Below are positions 61,671-64,000 of a stretch of 64,000 nucleotides of DNA, one piece after another. A program made the translations under genes and the position numbers. The notes under the pieces were generated by a model. The model was given only the letters and a program-made list of their open reading frames with translations, was not told where the DNA came from and ran no database searches. The first letter of the stretch is position 1; the number at the start of each line of letters is the position of its first letter. Location: positions 300,275 through 364,274 of the forward strand of contig JALDTO010000200.1 in NCBI GenBank assembly GCA_023515725.1, in the 5' to 3' direction. This stretch comes from Amoeboaphelidium protococcarum X5 (Eukaryota; Fungi; Aphelidiomycota).

Positions 61671-64000
61671 AATTTACCATTGCGTGTTCAAAGAGTATAA
61701 AGGACAAGAGTTAAACAAGAGTTGGTAGTTCATGATGGCAAAAAGTGGATAAATATCTGAAACGCACTGTAGTCCCTCAAGCTACTTCACTAGGTCTTTC
61801 GTTGTAGAGTTCCCAGCGCCAAAGACCAAATACCCAGTGCATCGTAGACTCGATTTCCGAGGCTGTAAATAGATCGCTTCCCCAATCGTAGGTCAAAAGA
61901 AACAGCAGTCGTAAATAGATGTTTAAGTTAATCAACAAAAGACATATCAACTTCATAACCAGCAGAACAGTAAAATCGCAACTTTGCCACACTATTATTC
62001 ACCACAAGATGGTATACATTCCAATGAGGAGGGCCTCTGTTCAAGAGATGACGAAGAATCACGACATCGGTGACATTATTAGTGAGTTTGCGTTCAAAGT
62101 AACGCCGACGCTGCTCAGGTTGATCATTCGAATGTTCACACCAACTCTCCAAATTTTAACTGTCAAGGAGAACGACTCCAGAATGAGCTTCTAACTTGAG
62201 AGACTTGAAGGCATAAAATAAGACATCATCTTTCAATCGAGGCTCAATCCCATTGCAGAAGCCCTCTAAAGCCTAAGTTATGGGATGAGTATCAACAGGA
62301 AAATCAGCGCCTTACTCGTCAGATTACTTTACAGGTGAATCGCCGAATTAGATTGGATTATGAAGATTATCACCCGCCACTTACTTAACATCTAGAGCAG
62401 CGTCTTGCATTGCACAATTCTCGACATTGACCTGTTAAGTAGTATCAGCATTATTCTCAACAGCTTGTTCACATTCTTATTCAACTTTTACACCAGGACA
62501 TTCTTATTCAATCTATAATGGAGCATTATCATCCGGTGTATTGTCCAACATAGGTCATTATCATCTACTGCATTGGCTGATTGTGGACGATTGAATTGGT
62601 TGACGCGTAATCTTTATAACAGATCTACATGGCTCTGAGATGTTAATTCATTAATATACGGCAGCAGCTTTTTAAAATCACTACGGCACTTTTACAATCT
62701 CTAGTGCATCATTTGATACAGAACAAGCTTACTACTCCAAGCGCTCGGTGTAGAGATGGACTTCAATAAACTAAGGACTATGACAATTTGAGATTTGATT
62801 AATTAGATTGATTCATGTCTACACAGCAGCATCTCCTCTAAACACCTCTATCTAGCATGGACCAACTGGCGAAGTTAAGTAGCATCATCATTAATTTGAG
62901 CAATATAATTAAAATTAACGTGAGTTAATGATGGGGACGCAGGAAACTCTTCGAACTCAATACAGTCAAAACCATGGTCAATCTTTACCATTTGCAGCAG
63001 ATCATTAAACTATCGAGTCAATTGGGTGATATTTACGCGTCGAGATTTTAAGGCTCTGGCAAAGACCTTCTTCTTGAATTGGCTGGACGTGTTCTTCCCT
63101 TTGTAATCTAACAGCACTGTGATCTCAACCATTTCGCTCTTAAGCTGCCTCAGAATAATGTTACATCTCTTTCTTACAAGCGCGATTCTAGCATCTTTAT
63201 ACTCAACTTTCTGCACGGTCCATCGACTGGCAGCATCGATGCCGAGCTCCAGCTCGAAGCTCTCAACTTTCTTCAATAGAGATCGATCATTCGGCATATG
63301 TTACAGATCTTCCAAGCTCTTAACGTATAACTCTTCAGACGTCCACTTCTGCTAATAATCACCAGGCGCACTTTCCACCGGTGCCAAAAGTATTGCTGCA
63401 CACTACTCATCTACTGACATTTATTGAGCATTCAGAACAGGATGATCATACAAAATAATCCTCCAACCCAAGGAGCTCCTGTTCTGCGATCTCGTATCTC
63501 TGCACTATTTACAGAACGATCTTATCATTCAGATCCATGCTGTGTTTCCAGAGTATATGATCAATGACCTCTTCACGCGCTGCAATACAAAGATTCTTAG
63601 TAATGTAGCCAAAGTTCCCAATAACAGACCAGAGGCTCTCCATCAATTCACCAGCAGTTTTGCCGGACCAGAGAGAAACTTACTAGAAAATTTAGCTTGA
63701 CAATAACTTTAATGCGCGTAAAGATGCAAAGCAGGTACTAATACATCTATATCAATGAGATCAGTCTTGTCAATCCTACGCGCCAAGTTCACCACCCACT
63801 GGCATCCGACGTCATAATACACTTTAAGTTAATCAGGACAATCCTAAAATGATGCGAGCATTCGTAAAACATTCAACACCGCCACATCAGCATGCAAATA
63901 TTTCTCACCTTTCTCAAAGTTAGAATATGTGCGAGAGATTGCAGGCCCATGCCTAGCACAACATGCTCCGAACAATCCAGTAATATCATTAAACTTTGAC
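61670..64000 (-). mobile_element. KDZ (Kyakuja-Dileera-Zisupton) transposase remnant with C-terminal Ulp1-like peptidase; 5' part lies outside the window
   Basis: TGLFGACCARHG, GEKY, YYDVGCQW, PALHLYAH..YCQ and (after a frameshift ~63665) GELMESLWS; later RCLEE; near the end HWNVYHL..RFYCS and LQP..S..C. Several frameshifts. Confidence 0.75.

Noticed and set aside
1-64000. Mass pseudogenisation suggested by the many short ORFs
   Set aside because: The interruptions in essential genes are all TAA/TAG at Gln positions; the genes read through under the reassigned code.

Overview
Eukaryotic, gene-dense, intron-poor nuclear DNA from a fungus-like opisthokont that reads TAA/TAG as glutamine and uses only TGA as stop. 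The supplied ORF track is therefore fragmented and mostly misleading, and I re-translated everything by hand with TAR=Gln. The code, the fungal-type genes (HR1-Rictor, NDT80, tricalbin) and a retained IFT172 fit an aphelid such as Amoeboaphelidium protococcarum (inference). Positions ~1.4-52 kb are mostly housekeeping genes: Exo84, P4-ATPase Drs2/ATP8A, epsin, NDT80, tricalbin, a full-size ABCG, Rictor/Avo3, an SMP-domain protein, a CLC channel, DNA polymerase delta, IFT172, a YTH protein and COX10. There are three accessory parts. (1) At the left edge, a Fanzor1-type RuvC nuclease (TnpB-derived, RNA-guided) with an intact catalytic triad, followed by a strongly base-paired putative omegaRNA. 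(2) A ~3.6 kb cassette bracketed by duplicated copies of the NDT80 3' UTR, carrying a Crinkler pseudogene, an intact ADP-ribosyltransferase-fold toxin-like gene and a possible second Fanzor fragment. (3) A mobile-element island from ~52 kb to the end, with an intact Crypton, a tyrosine recombinase + RecQ-like helicase module joined to a truncated vWA gene, a CR-NTPase pseudogene and a KDZ/Zisupton-type transposase remnant. All family assignments come from motif recognition, not database searches.
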